Position numbers and translations under genes: made by a program. A stretch of DNA of 64,000 bases, taken from Isurus oxyrinchus. Its lineage: Eukaryota. This document shows positions 36,718 to 49,790 of this stretch, in pieces. The stretch covers positions 47,678,001 to 47,742,000 of the forward strand of contig JANJGN010000005.1 of NCBI GenBank assembly GCA_026770705.1, given 5' to 3'. The notes beneath the pieces were generated by a model. The model searched no databases. It had not been told where the DNA came from and saw nothing but the letters and a program-made list of their open reading frames with translations. The number at the start of each line of letters is the position of its first letter. Position 1 is the first letter of the stretch.

Positions 36718-37527
36718 CTGACAAGAAAAGCCTTAAACCAAGGACAGATTTTACATAGAGGGAGAGAGAGAGTCTGCAGGTAGCAGAAGGAAGCTGACTA
36801 GATGCCCACTCGAACATCAATATGTCAATCTGTTGGTATAACTTTGTTCAGAGGCAGAGACAGCAGGAGCCCTGCTCTGGTGCCAACAGTTTGCTGAAGC
36901 AAAATAGCACTAACAACACATCTGTTACCTAGGAGACCCGAGAAACATTGCACTTTACTGAGATCTCATCACTCACTGGAAAATCTCATAACAGTGTCAC
37001 TCCATGGAAGAGCATGAGCTGTTGTTGTGCTTTCAGGTCAGCCCATGTCACAATCATTTAAATTAAAATCAAATTAAAACTTGGCTCAAGGTCAATGTTT
37101 CAGCCTCTGACGAAACTGGCCGAGGTTTTACTGAGACACCTCTCCCATCAAAGCTTGCTGATTATTAAGAGAGAATAGAAATGTGGGGAATTAGGCTCTG
37201 GGACTGCCCAGCGCCTTCCCTCCAACATCTGACCATGGTCCATTTTCCAATCCAGTTTCTGGTGTCTCTCTGCACTGGACACGGTGCCTGGAGTGAGAGC
37301 CAAGGGAATGATTGTGAAAATGTAACTATGGAACAGCTGATAGGATGTAACCCAGATCAGTGCTAAATGAATCTGTCTCTATTTATTGCCAATCATTGAG
37401 TCTAACTTGGCATTGTTGAGGTAAGAAGCTAGACGTAAGTGTGTGTGTGGACTACAATTCCTCCTATCCCAGCTTGGTGGGCTGGTACTTTTAAAGCCAA
37501 CTCATAGCCACATCAAAATTTAAAGAC

Positions 37528-37897
37528 ATGCAATTTAATAGTACCTTTCATGACCACCAGAAGTCCCAAAGCTGTTTATCCAATGAAGTACATTTGAAGT
37601 GGGAATGTGTGAAATGCCTCAGCCAGTTTGCACCCAGTGAGCTCCCACAAACAATGTGATAATGACCAGAATCTGTTTTATGTGATGTTAACTGAGGGAT
37701 AAATATTGGCCAGGACACCAAGGGTAACTCACCTGCTCTTCTTCAAAATAGCCTCATGGGATCTTTTACATCCAAAGGTGGCATCTCTGACAGGTCAGCA
37801 TTTCCCTGGCATATCTGTCTGGACAGGAGTGGGACTTGAACTCACAACCATCTGATTCCAGAGGTCAGACTGCTAGCATCAGAGCCACCACTGACAC
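37528..37897 (-). mobile_element. tRNA/Deu-domain SINE (SacSINE1-like)
   Basis: B-box GAGTTCAAGTCCCAC on the minus strand; body homologous to 4098-4432. Confidence 0.72.
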
Positions 37898-40539
37898 CTT
37901 TAATCTGTGGCCCTGGCTATTCATTCAAGTAACCAGTGAGTGAGCTCCCTACTTGCATTGGCAATCATGGGCTGAGGGTAGTGGACGGACTTCAATATTT
38001 TTAGGTAAAGCAAGTGGCTCACCATGTGCCCCTAGCAGTTTGCTCTAGGCTTGTTAGCAAGTGGCACACCTTGTATCAGAGAGAGAGAGTGTGTGTGGGA
38101 GGAGAGGAATTAAAGGCAGAAATATAATTGCTGCAGCAACCTGGTTGGATAAGGAGCAATTCCTAGCTATCTGTAAATACCATTTCTGAACATGTCAATC
38201 TCCTTTCAAACTTACTTTTCTAAGCATCACTTTCGTGGCGAAATAGCAGAATCTTACTATTTACTTTGTGAAGTTTTGACAGAGGCTGAGACAGGCCTGC
38301 TTTGTGAAATGATCATTTATCAATGAAGTGAGTACATCAGAAAGGTGTTTTCTTCGGGCATGTTTTTGTAACTGATCAGAGGCAGAGATGCTGCTGAGAC
38401 CACCCTGGGTGCCTGTCGTTCCCTTCATACACGGGACTCAGTGCTTTCCTTCTTAACTTTGCAAACGCAGCATCAGTTTGCGCATCCAGATTGAACGTTT
38501 TGAAACTCATTCATTTTGGACCACACCCCCCACTGTCATTTGGGGGCCCTGTGACATGACACAGTGTGTTTCATTATAAATCTGCCCTGGACCCAATGCC
38601 AGGTTTAGGTCCTGCCTGAGAAATTGGATGTCCTGATCAGGCCTCATAATCTGCTCAGGTTTTCAAGATATTGATGTGGCCTATTGGTGCGAGCTGACAC
38701 TGAAAAGGTGAGTTGAAATTTTCTTTTAATTCATGTGCAGCCTGAAGGAACAGAAGTAAAGAACACAACACTTCTAACAGTCGAAGCCAGCCACAATCAA
38801 TACGACCTACCCCCCATTTTGCTGTCCTCCCCCTCTGCTGCATGTTGAAACGAGAAAGTTGCCTATTAAGTGGAACAGGCAGCATCAGGCCACCTAAGTT
38901 ATTGACATGAGGCGTGAGGCCCAACTTTGTGTCAGCCCCCCCCCACCCAATCTCCCCTGTTGGTCAGTTTTCGATAGCTGGGGAAATTTTCCAAGGCTAT
39001 CACTTTATTTATAAACACTTACTTCCCAGAGGTCACTTATGCTTTAGAGGGGATTTGCATATTGGCCAGAAGATTTTCAACATGATACCAAGTCTTTGCT
39101 GAGGTAGTTGGCTTGAGCCAAGTTGGCAGTTAAAGTACAATTCTTGGCCTTGACTAAAAAGGGGAGGGAAAACTATGTCAGTGTTTCTGTCCCTCATCAC
39201 TATCCAGTGAGTATGACTGGTATATGTGCCTGTGACTTAACATTGGAAGAGATGGCAAAAGGCGTGGCCGGGTTGCCCTCTATGGACAGAATCACCCCAG
39301 ATTTGCACTGAATGCGGGAACGGGCAGGAAAAGGAACATTTTACCCGCAGGCTGCAATGGCAGCTTTTCATGCAGTATCGCCCCATTCACACCTCATTAA
39401 TTATGCATTCCTGGGAAAAACACCGTTTCGATGGCAGGTGGGCTCTCATTCGCTCACCATGCTGTCACCTCTCCATCTCCTTACGCCTGGCGCCATATTT
39501 AAAGTGCAACCACATGAACACCTCTCAGTGCTTCCAGCCCAGGACTGCTGCATAAAAGATATGGCCCCCGAAAGGCAAGAAGGCTGCAGCCTTCCGAATC
39601 AGTGACGTAACCCTCAAGCGCCTTTTGGACGCTATGGAGGCTCACCGTGATGTCCTCTGCCCCCGCTCTGAGCGAAGACCAGCAAGCAAGGTTACCAATC
39701 CAACATGGGAGGTGGTGGTAGCAGTGGTCAGCACATATGCCCTGTAAAAGAGAACTGTCACCCAGTGCCACAACAGGATGAATGGTCTCATCCATTCCAC
39801 CAGGGTAATTCGCTCTTCTCATCACTCTCAACTCACACACTCAAAGACCCATTACATCCTCAGGGGTCTCACGCATCATAGGCCAACACCACTAACTCTC
39901 AAACACACAGTCACATCTCCATCAAGCTCACATTGTCTCAAGCTTGCGTCCTCACCCTGTTCATGGCTCCACTCACCACACAAACATTCCATGCAGTGCC
40001 ATTTGTCCTGCTCACACTCCTTCCATCTGCTTTAATGCAGGAGAAGCTGAAGTAAAGCAGCAGAGGTCCCAGACCAGGGGTGGAGTGGCCTATATTAGGC
40101 CCCTCACTCACTTTGTGGAGTGTGCCATCATGCTGACTGGTGAAGATGTGGACCCTGCCTGCGGTGATTGGAGATCAGAGGCGAACACCCATGTGAGGAT
40201 CCTGCACCATATGTTCCCTCTCTCAAAAATGTTGCCTGGTGTCTTACAGCTTCATTGACAGGTTTCACAAGTGCTCCCCTGCATCCCCCTCACCACCACC
40301 CACACTAAGAGTTCAGCTGCACACAGCCAGTCCACGAGTGATTCTGGAGGGACAAGTGTATGTGTGGCAGGGCCTTTTGGACCAACGTGCAAGCACTCTC
40401 CCACGCATGCAGATCCTTTCTGTACCATATTTATCTCACTGTCCTGAGCATTTTCAATGCTGCCTGGTGGGGTTCTTTTTCAGTTGTCCATCTGAGCTGA
40501 CCTGCTTCTCCGCCTGCCCACTGACTACACTCCCATGCA

Positions 40540-41550
40540 GCACCTGATCTCGCCCACCACAACTCTCGTTTCACTTTTGTATTTGCAAGCTTGGTGCAGG
40601 GGACATTTTTCTTCAGGTCCCCCCATCCTTTCCCCTTCCCCAGTCATCCACGTCCTTTCCCCCATCACTGTCAACATCTCTGGTATCACCTTCCACCTCC
40701 CCACTGTCACCTACCAGCCGCAACCTTTTTCTTTCGGAGATGTCCAGGTGAACGTGCATGCACCCTACCTTCCCGAAAATCCCATCCCCATCCACATTAA
40801 CCTTCCCAACCTCCTCCTTCCCACCCCCAGGATCCACGTCTGCCTCCGAGTCCCCATTAACCACCCTCACCCTCCCACCGATTCCATTGCACCCTCCAAC
40901 CTTACCACCTCATTCTGTGCTCCCTCATTCTCACCATTCCCTCCTACCATGCCCACTCTCACTTTGCTCCCCAGGAGGCAGTCATTGCCTCCACAGAGCC
41001 TTCCCTTGCATGTTCAGCTAGACATCTCCTCCTCCAGACTCCTTACCCCCTTGGAACTCCTTCCGCCCCTTGGAACTCATCCCTCCCACAAGACTCCTCC
41101 CACCCCGGACTCCTTCTCCCCCCACCCCCGGACTCTTTCACCACTTCCCCTTAGTCCTTCCCCTTTCCTGACTCTTTCCTCCACCCTTACATCTTGCTCC
41201 AACCTTACTCCCTCCCATCTCCAGACTCCTTCCTTCCCCAGGACTCCTTCCTTTAAACTTCCTCCCTGCTTATGCCTACCTCCCCAGTTGCTGTATTCTT
41301 CCGTTACCCTCCTCCCCCATACTCCCTTCACCCCAACACCTTCATTCCCCTCCTCCCAACCTCGCCCCTGACACCTTCGTTCCCCCAAACTCACTGCCCA
41401 CCCCCCAAACACCTTTGGTTCCCCCTCCTCCTGACACCTTCGTCCCCCTCTCTCAACTTCACCCCCTCTAATACATCTTCCTCTCCCACCCCCCAGTACA
41501 TCTTCCTCTCCCACTCGCAGCTGGACCTTCTTCTCCACCCCCTCAATGAT
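40540..41550 (+). repeat. Strongly C/T-rich low-complexity kilobase of unknown origin
   Basis: Very few G on the plus strand; the Pro/Ser/Leu-rich 278 aa open frame is explained by composition. Confidence 0.6.
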
Positions 41551-42002
41551 CATCCAATTCAGACCATGTCCAAGACACTGATGTCCCAAAGTAGACCCTC
41601 AATGGTGACATTCCACCTTCCATGAGCTTCTGCAGATCAGAACCTTGTCCATCAGAATCCACCCATCATGTGATGGACGTTCCTCCTGGGTCCCAATGCC
41701 GCTGGGCTCCAACATCTCCTGTCCCTCGGATGGCTGCAATATGAGAAAGGCACTGATGGTAAGTCCCAATTCCTGCACATCACACTTGTCAAGATGTGTT
41801 CTACACCGGCTTGTTTTCCCACTGATGTGGGCGGTAAATTTGATGTGCGCAGATGATTCCGGCAAACTGGGTTTATAATGATATGCAGTTGTATTACAAT
41901 GAAGTTCCCGATGTGCAGCAGCAGAAAATGTGACCCGCCATTGATGGGCAGAGCGGATGATTGTAAACTGATTTCACAACATCATGAAACCAATTTTTGG
42001 CC

Positions 42003-42469
42003 TTCTAGCTCTGCCGGCTTAACATATGAGGAACATTTGAGGACTCTGGGTCTATACTCGATGGAGTTTAGAAGGATGAGGGGGGGATCTGATTGAAACT
42101 TACAGAATACTGAAAGGCCTGGATAGAGTGGTCGTGGGGAAGATGTTTCCATTAATAGGAGAGACTAGAACCCGAGGGCACAGCCTCAGAGTAAAGGGAA
42201 GACCTTTTAGAACAGAGATGAGGAGAAAAATCTTTAGCCAGAGAGTGGTGAATCTATGGAACTCATTGCCACAGAAGGCTGCAGAGGCCAGGTCACTGAG
42301 TGTATTTAAAACCGAGATAGATAGATTCTTGTTTGGTAAGGGGATCAAAGGTTACGGGGAGAAGGCGGGAGAATGGTGTTGAGAAACTTATCAGCCATGA
42401 TTGAATGGCGGAACAGACTCGATGGGCTGAATAGCCTAATTTCTGCTCCTATAACTTATGGTCTTATGG
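42003..42469 (+). mobile_element. Young CR1 3' end
   Basis: GLTYEEHLRTLGLYSMEFRRMRG...TRGHSLRVKG...FSQRVVNLWNSLP; tail TTATGGTCTTATGGT. Confidence 0.9.
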
Positions 42470-42676
42470 TGTCCGCTCATGCCACCAAACATACCCAATG
42501 CCAGCGGGCATGGAAAATTCCGCCCTGTGACTAAATATACTACAAAGATACAGTGTCCTGGCTCACATGTGAGAAATAATCTGATGTCCATACTCCAACA
42601 ATTGTGGGCTCTTTCATAATAGCAAGGAAGAAAATGCATGTGGAAGGGGGAGGAACAATTAACACACAGCAATTAT

Positions 42677-43360
42677 GGGCTGTATTTTTCAGTTGCCTCA
42701 GGCTGAGGGAGGTGGAGTGGGACGTGTCTGGTACACTCGCTCCCGCCCTCTCCATCTCAACATGGCGAGACAAGGATCGGATGGCCAATTAGCGGCCACA
42801 CAGCAGGAAAGCGGTCAGCTAACACTGGGAAGGGGAGTTCCACGCCCAATCAGGCATCAAGGTGGGAGAGGGGTTAGGCTATGAAGTGGAAGTCAATCAC
42901 AGCCACCAATTTAAAGGCCCCCTACCCTCTCATTCTCTTCTTACTTGCTGTGGCAGCCGAAAAACAGTGAATAAATAAAGTCTAATGACATCCAAATGCT
43001 ACCAACTTCACCAGCAGACTCTGCTGCTACATGCAGACATGCTCCTAATTATACGCCTTGTCATCCACCCTTATGCCCCTCTTTACATCTGGCATAAGTC
43101 ACTCCCAAACTTTTTCCCATCTGACCAGAAAATGGGGTGGGCAATGACAAATAGCAGTCAATTGGGTCTTTAACAAACACTTATTAATTGTTTTATTTAA
43201 AACGGTGGGCGAGCTTCTGATTTTGGCACCCACTTGACTTCTGTAATATAATCTGAGACTGGCGTGATGATGTTGGATTGCTGACCCGACATCATCACAA
43301 CGTATTTCACATAAGCACGGTGGGGCGGCCAGCGCAATTTTCAGTCAGTAAATGCAGCCC
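42677..43360. mobile_element. Harbinger-type MITE
   Basis: TIRs GGGCTGTATTT / AAATGCAGCCC; TSD TAT. Confidence 0.78.
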
Positions 43361-43519
43361 TATGTTTCAATATGAGGCTCACATTGTTCAGAATTAGTCA
43401 GCCTAAGATTTGACTCTTAGGCCAAAGCTACAAAACTGCTCAGTATTCCTGGATTATTTCTCCAAGCTCACCTTGTTCATGAGACCCACCTCATGCTACC
43501 TCAACCCTGACACCATAAA

Positions 43520-44780
43520 CTGCAGACCAACAACATTCCCTTCCTGGCCCTTATGTTAGCTGCTCTTACTGAAGTATCTCTCTCATCAGGTACTGACTCC
43601 CTCACTTTTATGGTCCCCAATTTTGGTCTCATTCACAAGTTGAAACATTTTCTTACGTGTAACCTATCAAATCCTTTCATAATCTTAAAGACCTCAATCA
43701 GGTCACCCCTTAGCCTTCTATTTTCTAGAGAAATAAAACCCGAGCCTGGTTCAAAATCCTGGAACTCCGTCTATAAGAGCACTGTGAATGTACCTACACC
43801 ACAGGGACTGCAGCAGCTCAAGAAGGCAGCTCACCACCACCTTCTCAAGGGCAATTAGGGCCCAGCCAGCGATGCCCACATCCTGTAAATGAATAAAAAA
43901 TGCAGCAGCAAATTTGCATATGACTATATCCCACAAGCAGCAATGAAGCAAATCAAGAGTGAGGTTCAATGGGAGGGGCTTAAAGAGGTCATTAATAGCA
44001 GAGAAGAGGTATCAGGAATTTGGGGGGGTGGTGTTTTTTTTTTAATTACCTTACAATAGAGGATATTTTTTGCAATGGAGTACTATTTAAAAGGACAACA
44101 GCCAGGGACAGTAGAGCTCCAAAGGCACCTAGAAGTCCATATAGACAGGTCACTAATATGCAGTAGTCAGGTACAGAGAAAATAATCAAAAAGCCTAATG
44201 GAATGTTAGCCTTTATATCTGGGGGATTAGAATATGAGGAAGAAGTTTTGTTACAGGTACACAAAGCTCTGGTTAGACCACATCTGAACACCACACCTTA
44301 GGAAGGAAGTATTGGCCTTAGAGGGAATGCAGCTTTGATTCACCATCATGTTACTGAGGCTCCATGGGTTAGATTATGAGTGGAGATTTCATAACCTACT
44401 GCCTAGAAAACAGAAAGTTAAGAGGTAATTAAGGATTTTGAAAGAAATTGATAGGGTAGATAGAGAAATATTTGCTTGCTGGGGTAGTATAGGACAAGGG
44501 GACATACCCTTAAAATAAGAGCCAAACCACTCAGGAGAGAAATTAGGAAACACCTCATCAAAAAACAATAATCAAAGTGTGGAACTCCTTCACATAAAAA
44601 GCAGTAGATGCTAGCACAATTAATAATTTTAAATCTAAGATGGATCAATTTTTGCTCGGCAAGGGTTTGAGAGAATATGAAGCCAAGGCAAGTGATTGGA
44701 GTTAAGATACATTGTAGCCATGATCATACAGAATGGCAGAACAACCTCAAGCGTCTAAATGGCCTATTCCCATCCCTATG
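43520..44780. mobile_element. Cluster of LINE 3' fragments: CR1 (-) 43520-43750, CR1/L2-group tail (+) 43750-43900, CR1 (+) 44050-44780
   Basis: Similarity to other copies in this window, for example LKKAAHHHLLKGN and AATGGAATGTTAGCCTTTAT. Confidence 0.7.
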
Positions 44781-45366
44781 AGAGTGATATGTGATGAATG
44801 GATGGCTATAGTTGCGTGCCACATACGCTAACGACCTGTGTGTTTTGGGCAAGGAGGAGTGAATCTGGGTGCTGTAGCAGAGAGTATGATTGGAATGGAG
44901 AGAGTTTAAGTTTTCTGGGGACAATGGCATCAAAAGAGACAGGCTTATTGAGCTTATAATGGCTCCCACAAATTCTTATGTTATTGCTGCGCACATTTAA
45001 TAAATTCCCAGCCATTGCTATTGCTGTATCTTGTGCTGTGATTTGTTTTTCTGGACTGTGTCCAATGGACTGTGCCACAACATATTGTCAATGATGTTAT
45101 TTTAATTACTATTTGTCCTATCGCATTAAGTTGACACCACTGAAGGATTAGTGAAAACAAAATTTTGCTCCCTGGGCATAAATCATGGATAAAAATTAGC
45201 ATTAGGGGGTCATGAACTCTTGTGCAGTTTGCTTGGCCAATTAGTTATCTGTTGGATCATCCTATTTTAGCTAGTGCTGCATTTCTATATGCTAAAGGAT
45301 TAACAACTAGCACAGGAATGTTATTTTTTTCTCTTCAATTAGAAGAAAAATTGCTATGCATGACAT

Positions 45367-45960
45367 GGGACAGAATATTGCCGTCAGCATGCAGGGGCAG
45401 GCTCGACATGCTGACGCATAAGATGACACGAGATGACATCGGGCATGCGTCCTGATGTCATCGCGCGTTATTTCGATATTGTGTTCAGCGGGCGCGCAGC
45501 TGGAGGTGGCTGTGTGCCCGTTGAACTGTCAAAGGCCTATTAAGGTCATTAAGAAAGTAATTCACCTGATTAACAACGCTGCCCGTCCAACCTTAAGGTT
45601 GGCGGCAGGCGAAGAGCCCAAGCAGCCTTTGTGTTTACCCAGAAACCTCATCCACGGGCGGGATGATGTTTCCTGAAGGTTTTACAAAATGAATAAATAA
45701 GTTGACCCTGTCACATGAGGGAACATGTTTAAATACCTTTTAACTTTAATTTTTAATTTAATTTTTAAAAACTTTTATTGTCTATTCAATCCCCCTGAGG
45801 CAGCTCCGGACCTCAGGGAGATTGCTGCGCTCTTTCACGCACAGGCCCCGACTCTTCCTCATCCCCCCGCCAGCACTGGTAGCATTGGGCGCCAGCAGCC
45901 GCACATTATGCTGGGCAGGCCTTAATTAGCCCACCCACGTAAAATGGTGGCTCGCAGCTG
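45367..45960 (-). mobile_element. MITE family A, partial
   Basis: CCAACCTTAAGGTTGG and GAAACCTCATCCACGGGCGGGATGATGTTTC motifs. Confidence 0.78.
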
Positions 45961-46519
45961 GCTCTTGGAACATATATATTCAAAAACTGTGACACTTCTT
46001 AAACAAAATAGGTTTGAATGGAGGTTTCTCATGCACAGTCATGATAGGCTGGATAGCTTGCTTCTGTGTTGTATTATTCTACGATTAATCTCTCATTAAA
46101 AAGTTGTACGTCTGACAATGCAGCACTGAAATATCAGGCTAAATTATGTAATCAAGTCAGGGAAGGCACTTAAATCCATGTATCCAACACTGAGGAGAGG
46201 GGAAGGGGGAGAGTCGGGGCCTGTGCGAAAGAGCGCAGCAATCGCCCTGAGGCACGGAGCTGCCTCAGGGAGATCGATTAGGCAATACAAGTTTTCAGCA
46301 TGCCTCCCCCATGCTTCCATTATAGCTTTAATATCTACCTGGTCAGGGAGGTGAAACCTAAATCGCTCAGGGATGAGGGACATCAGAAGATTAGAGAAGT
46401 TAGGATTGTTATCTTACAGCAGACATTTCAAGGAAGTGTTCAAAATTATGAAGGGTTTGACAGAGTAAGTTAAGAGAAGCTGTTTCCTCTGGTAAGACGG
46501 TCAGTAACCAGAAGACATA

Positions 46520-47200
46520 GGGCAGAATTTTATGAGTCGGTGAGCGGGGGTGGGGCCAGCTCGCTGACACGTAAAATGAGGCAGGATGATGTTGGGCGGA
46601 ACCCCCGACGTCACCCCGCCCCACTTAAATTTTCAGGAAGGCGGGGATGCAGCAAAATCAGCTGTGCGCCCACCGACCTGTCAATGGCCAATTGAGGCCA
46701 TTGACAGGATCAATTAAGCAATTAAAGGACCTGCCCGTCCAACCTTAAGGTTGGCGGCCAGGCCAGGAACCCCAGCGGCAACTAGAAAAAACATGAAACC
46801 TCATCCATGGGCGGGATGAAGTTTTATGTAGGCTTTAAAAGATTTTTATAAAGATATTGTAAAAATTATGGACATGTCCCAACTCATGTGACATATTCAC
46901 ATGAGGTGACATGTAAGGAAATTTTATTTTTCTATTTTTATCTTTTTTACATATACAGCCGATCTCCCTGAGGCTGCACTTAGCCCCAGGGAGATGAGTG
47001 CGCTTTTTTGTGCGCTTGCACGAAAGAGCGCACTCTCGATTTTGGGATTCACCACCCCCCCCACCCCCACCACCCGCACAAGGAGTGCATAGCGCTTCAA
47101 TGCGGATGTCACGCTGGGCAGGCCTTAATTGGCCGATCAGAAGCACACCCGTACATTCCCGCCCATCAGCTTCCCCCCCAATAGGGGCAAAATTCAGCCC
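46520..47200 (-). mobile_element. MITE family A, complete, inserted in a CR1 3' fragment (about 46400-47325)
   Basis: TIRs GGGCAGAATTTT / AAAATTCAGCCC; TSD ATA. Confidence 0.88.
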
Positions 47201-48439
47201 ATAGAATGTAGAGTAACTGTTGATTTTGACAAGAAACAGCAAGGAATGAGGAGAACTTGTTCATGCATCGAGTTGTTGTAATCTGGAACTCACTGCCTGA
47301 AAGGCTAGGGAAAGCAAATTCAACTGGGGGGGAATGTTACAGCTACCATCAGCATAATTGAAGGAAGAGGGCGGGCTTGTAAAATAAAATGGATGGCCTG
47401 CCTAACACATTCCCGCCCACGCCCAGCCTGTTTCCCATATTACAGTAGGCGGGTTAGGCATCAGGTAGATCACTCATCTTTGAGCTCCTTGAGGCTGACT
47501 GAGGCCCTTAAGTGGCAAATTAATGTCCACTGAAGGGCCTTGTTCTGCCTCCGCCGCTATAATGTGTGCAGCAGGGAAGCAAGGCGGGGAGCCTGGCATC
47601 TTTCACTGCACGAGCTGTTGGTGGACAGGAAGGGGGTATTTCATTGGGGGAGAGAGTTCTCCTGTGCATCCTGCCCAAGATTGTACTCCCACTTTAAGCC
47701 TCCACCCCTAACTCTAAACTGTGTGTCTTCTACTTTCCTGTCTATCCCCTATACCCTTTGACTCCCTTGTCAGTCAAGAATCCATCTAACTCAGCCATAA
47801 AAATATTTAATGACCCACATAGCTTCCACAGCCCTGAAGAAAATTCCACAGAGTAACAAACCTCTGAGAGAAAAAAAAAATCACCTTATCTCGGTCTTAA
47901 CTGGGAGACCCCTTATCTTTAAACCGTGTCCGCTAATTCTTGCCTCTCCCCAAGGGGAAACAGCCTTTCAGCATCCACCCAATTATGTTGGCTGGCAGCT
48001 CTCTCGGGAAGGACACCCTCTCAGATGGAGGCTGAAGTTCCATTCTGAATCAATTAAGGTTGCACCCAGCCTATTACCACTGCAGGGCAGCTGGGTTTCT
48101 GGTCAGCACAGTACTGATGGACTTATTGGTTGGTGGAGTGTGGGGGAGTAGGTGAGCCGGGCCGCCCACCCTCACCCCACCCCCGCTATAAAATCCACCC
48201 CAAGGTAACTTTCAAAAAGGAACATATACTAGGAAGGGAAAATTTTGGAGGGATAGGTAAGAGTGGAGGAGTGGAGCTAATCATAGTTTTTATGATAATG
48301 TTAGCTCCCACAGGGCAGTTGCTGGGGCAAGCTAGGTGGAGGGGTTAAAAATAAAAAAGAACAGGCAAACCTGACACCATCCTGCCTCCAATCCACCCAC
48401 GTCTGGTCTTAACAGAGGCAGACCAAGAGGCAGGTAACT

Positions 48440-48590
48440 GAGATAAAAACAAAATACTGTGGATGCTGGAAATCTGAAACAAAAGCAGAAAATGCTGGAA
48501 AAACTCAGCAGGTCTGACAGTATCTGTGGAGAGAAAAAATAAACAGAGTTAACGTTCTTCAGAGCTCTGAAACGTTAATTCTGTTTTTGT
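48440..48590. mobile_element. Penelope pLTR insertion with short terminal inversion
   Basis: 11 bp TSD GGCAGGTAACT (48429-48439 and 48591-48601); hairpin AAACAGAGTTAACGTT...CAGAGCTCTG...AACGTTAATTCTGTTT. Confidence 0.82.
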
Positions 48591-49000
48591 GGCAGGTAAC
48601 TAATCTACTTTCAGGAGGCAGGCTGGTCAGTAAAATATTTTAAAGAGGTTGTGTGTCCCAATTTTAACTAGTGCTTTATTTTCAACTTCCGCAGGCAAGG
48701 ATTCACAAGCCTTAGGAAACCAACAGATGAAAGGAAGAAAGAAGGGCTAGTAGATGACTTAAGGGCCTTTGTTGCACTCTGTGTGGGCTATGAGGAGCGG
48801 GTGTGCTTCTCCAATCACTGCGCCCCCCCACCCCCAACCCAGTTCCAAGCTCACCTCATAAACACCCTATGATCATCTGGTCGCACCTACACAAAATCCC
48901 TCCAAATGATGTTCAATCTCTGTGCTGTTTGATTCCTGCCACCCCTGTGATATTTTATATCCTCCAACCCCCATGATATTCTATAACCTCCAACCCCAAA

Positions 49001-49790
49001 ATTTTTTTTCATTCACGGGATGTGGGCTTCGCTGGCTGGGCCAGCATTTATTGCTCAGCCCTAATTTCCCTTGAGAAGATGGTGGTGAACTGCCTTCTTG
49101 AACTGCTGCAGTCCATGTGGTGTAGGTACACCCACAGTGCTGTTAGGAAGGGAGTTCCAGGATTTAGACCCAGTGACAGTGAAGGAATGGCGATATATTT
49201 CCAAGTCAGGACGGTGAGTGACTGGAAGGGGAGCTTCCAGGTGGTGGTGTTCCCATCCATCTGCTGCCCTTGTCCTTCTAGATGGTAGTGGTCATGGGTC
49301 TGGAAGGTGCTGTTTAAGGAGCCCTGGTGAATTTCTACAGTGTATCTTGTAGATGGTACACACCGCTGTTCTACTGTGTGTCAGTGGTGGAGGGAATGAC
49401 ACTTTGTGGATGGGATGCCAATCAAGCAGGCTGCTTTGTCATGGACAGTGTCAAGCTTCTGAAATGTTGTGGGAGCGGCACTCACCCAGACAAGTGGGGA
49501 GTATTCCATCCCACTCTTGACTTCTATCACACTCCTGCCCTTTAGATGGTGGACAGGATTTGGGGAGTCAGGAGGTGAGTTATTTGTCCAATATGTTCCA
49601 AGCATCTGACCTGCTCTTGTAGTCACAGTATTTATATGGCTAGTCCAGTTCAGTTTCTGGTCAATGGTAACTCCAAGGATATTGATAGTGGGGGATTCAG
49701 TGATGATAATGCCATTGAACATCAAGGGGTGATGGTTGGATTCTCTCTTGTTGGAGATGGTCATTACCTGGCACTTGTGTGGCACGAATG
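49001..49790 (-). mobile_element. CR1/L2-group LINE 3' part
   Basis: KCQVMTISNKRESNH...ILGVTIDQKLNWTSHI...MEYSPLVW; same family as 22030-23800. Confidence 0.88.

Larger units (their letters stand above)
39284..42525 (+). mobile_element. Non-autonomous Harbinger with Myb/SANT exons, carrying a C-rich insert and a CR1 insert
   Basis: Ends GGACAGAATC / AAATTCCGCCC; 39560-39804 is homologous to 18039-18290 with donor AGG|GTAATT and acceptor TTTAATGCAG at 40040; the right end is homologous to 7718-7860. Confidence 0.78.

Noticed and set aside
37103-37130. CTGACGAAAC as an extra hammerhead
   Set aside because: No stem II or correctly placed GAAA and stem I could be formed.
40535-41371. 278 aa ORF as a host gene
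   Set aside because: The lack of stop codons is explained by C-rich composition; it lies inside a transposon and has no clear domain.
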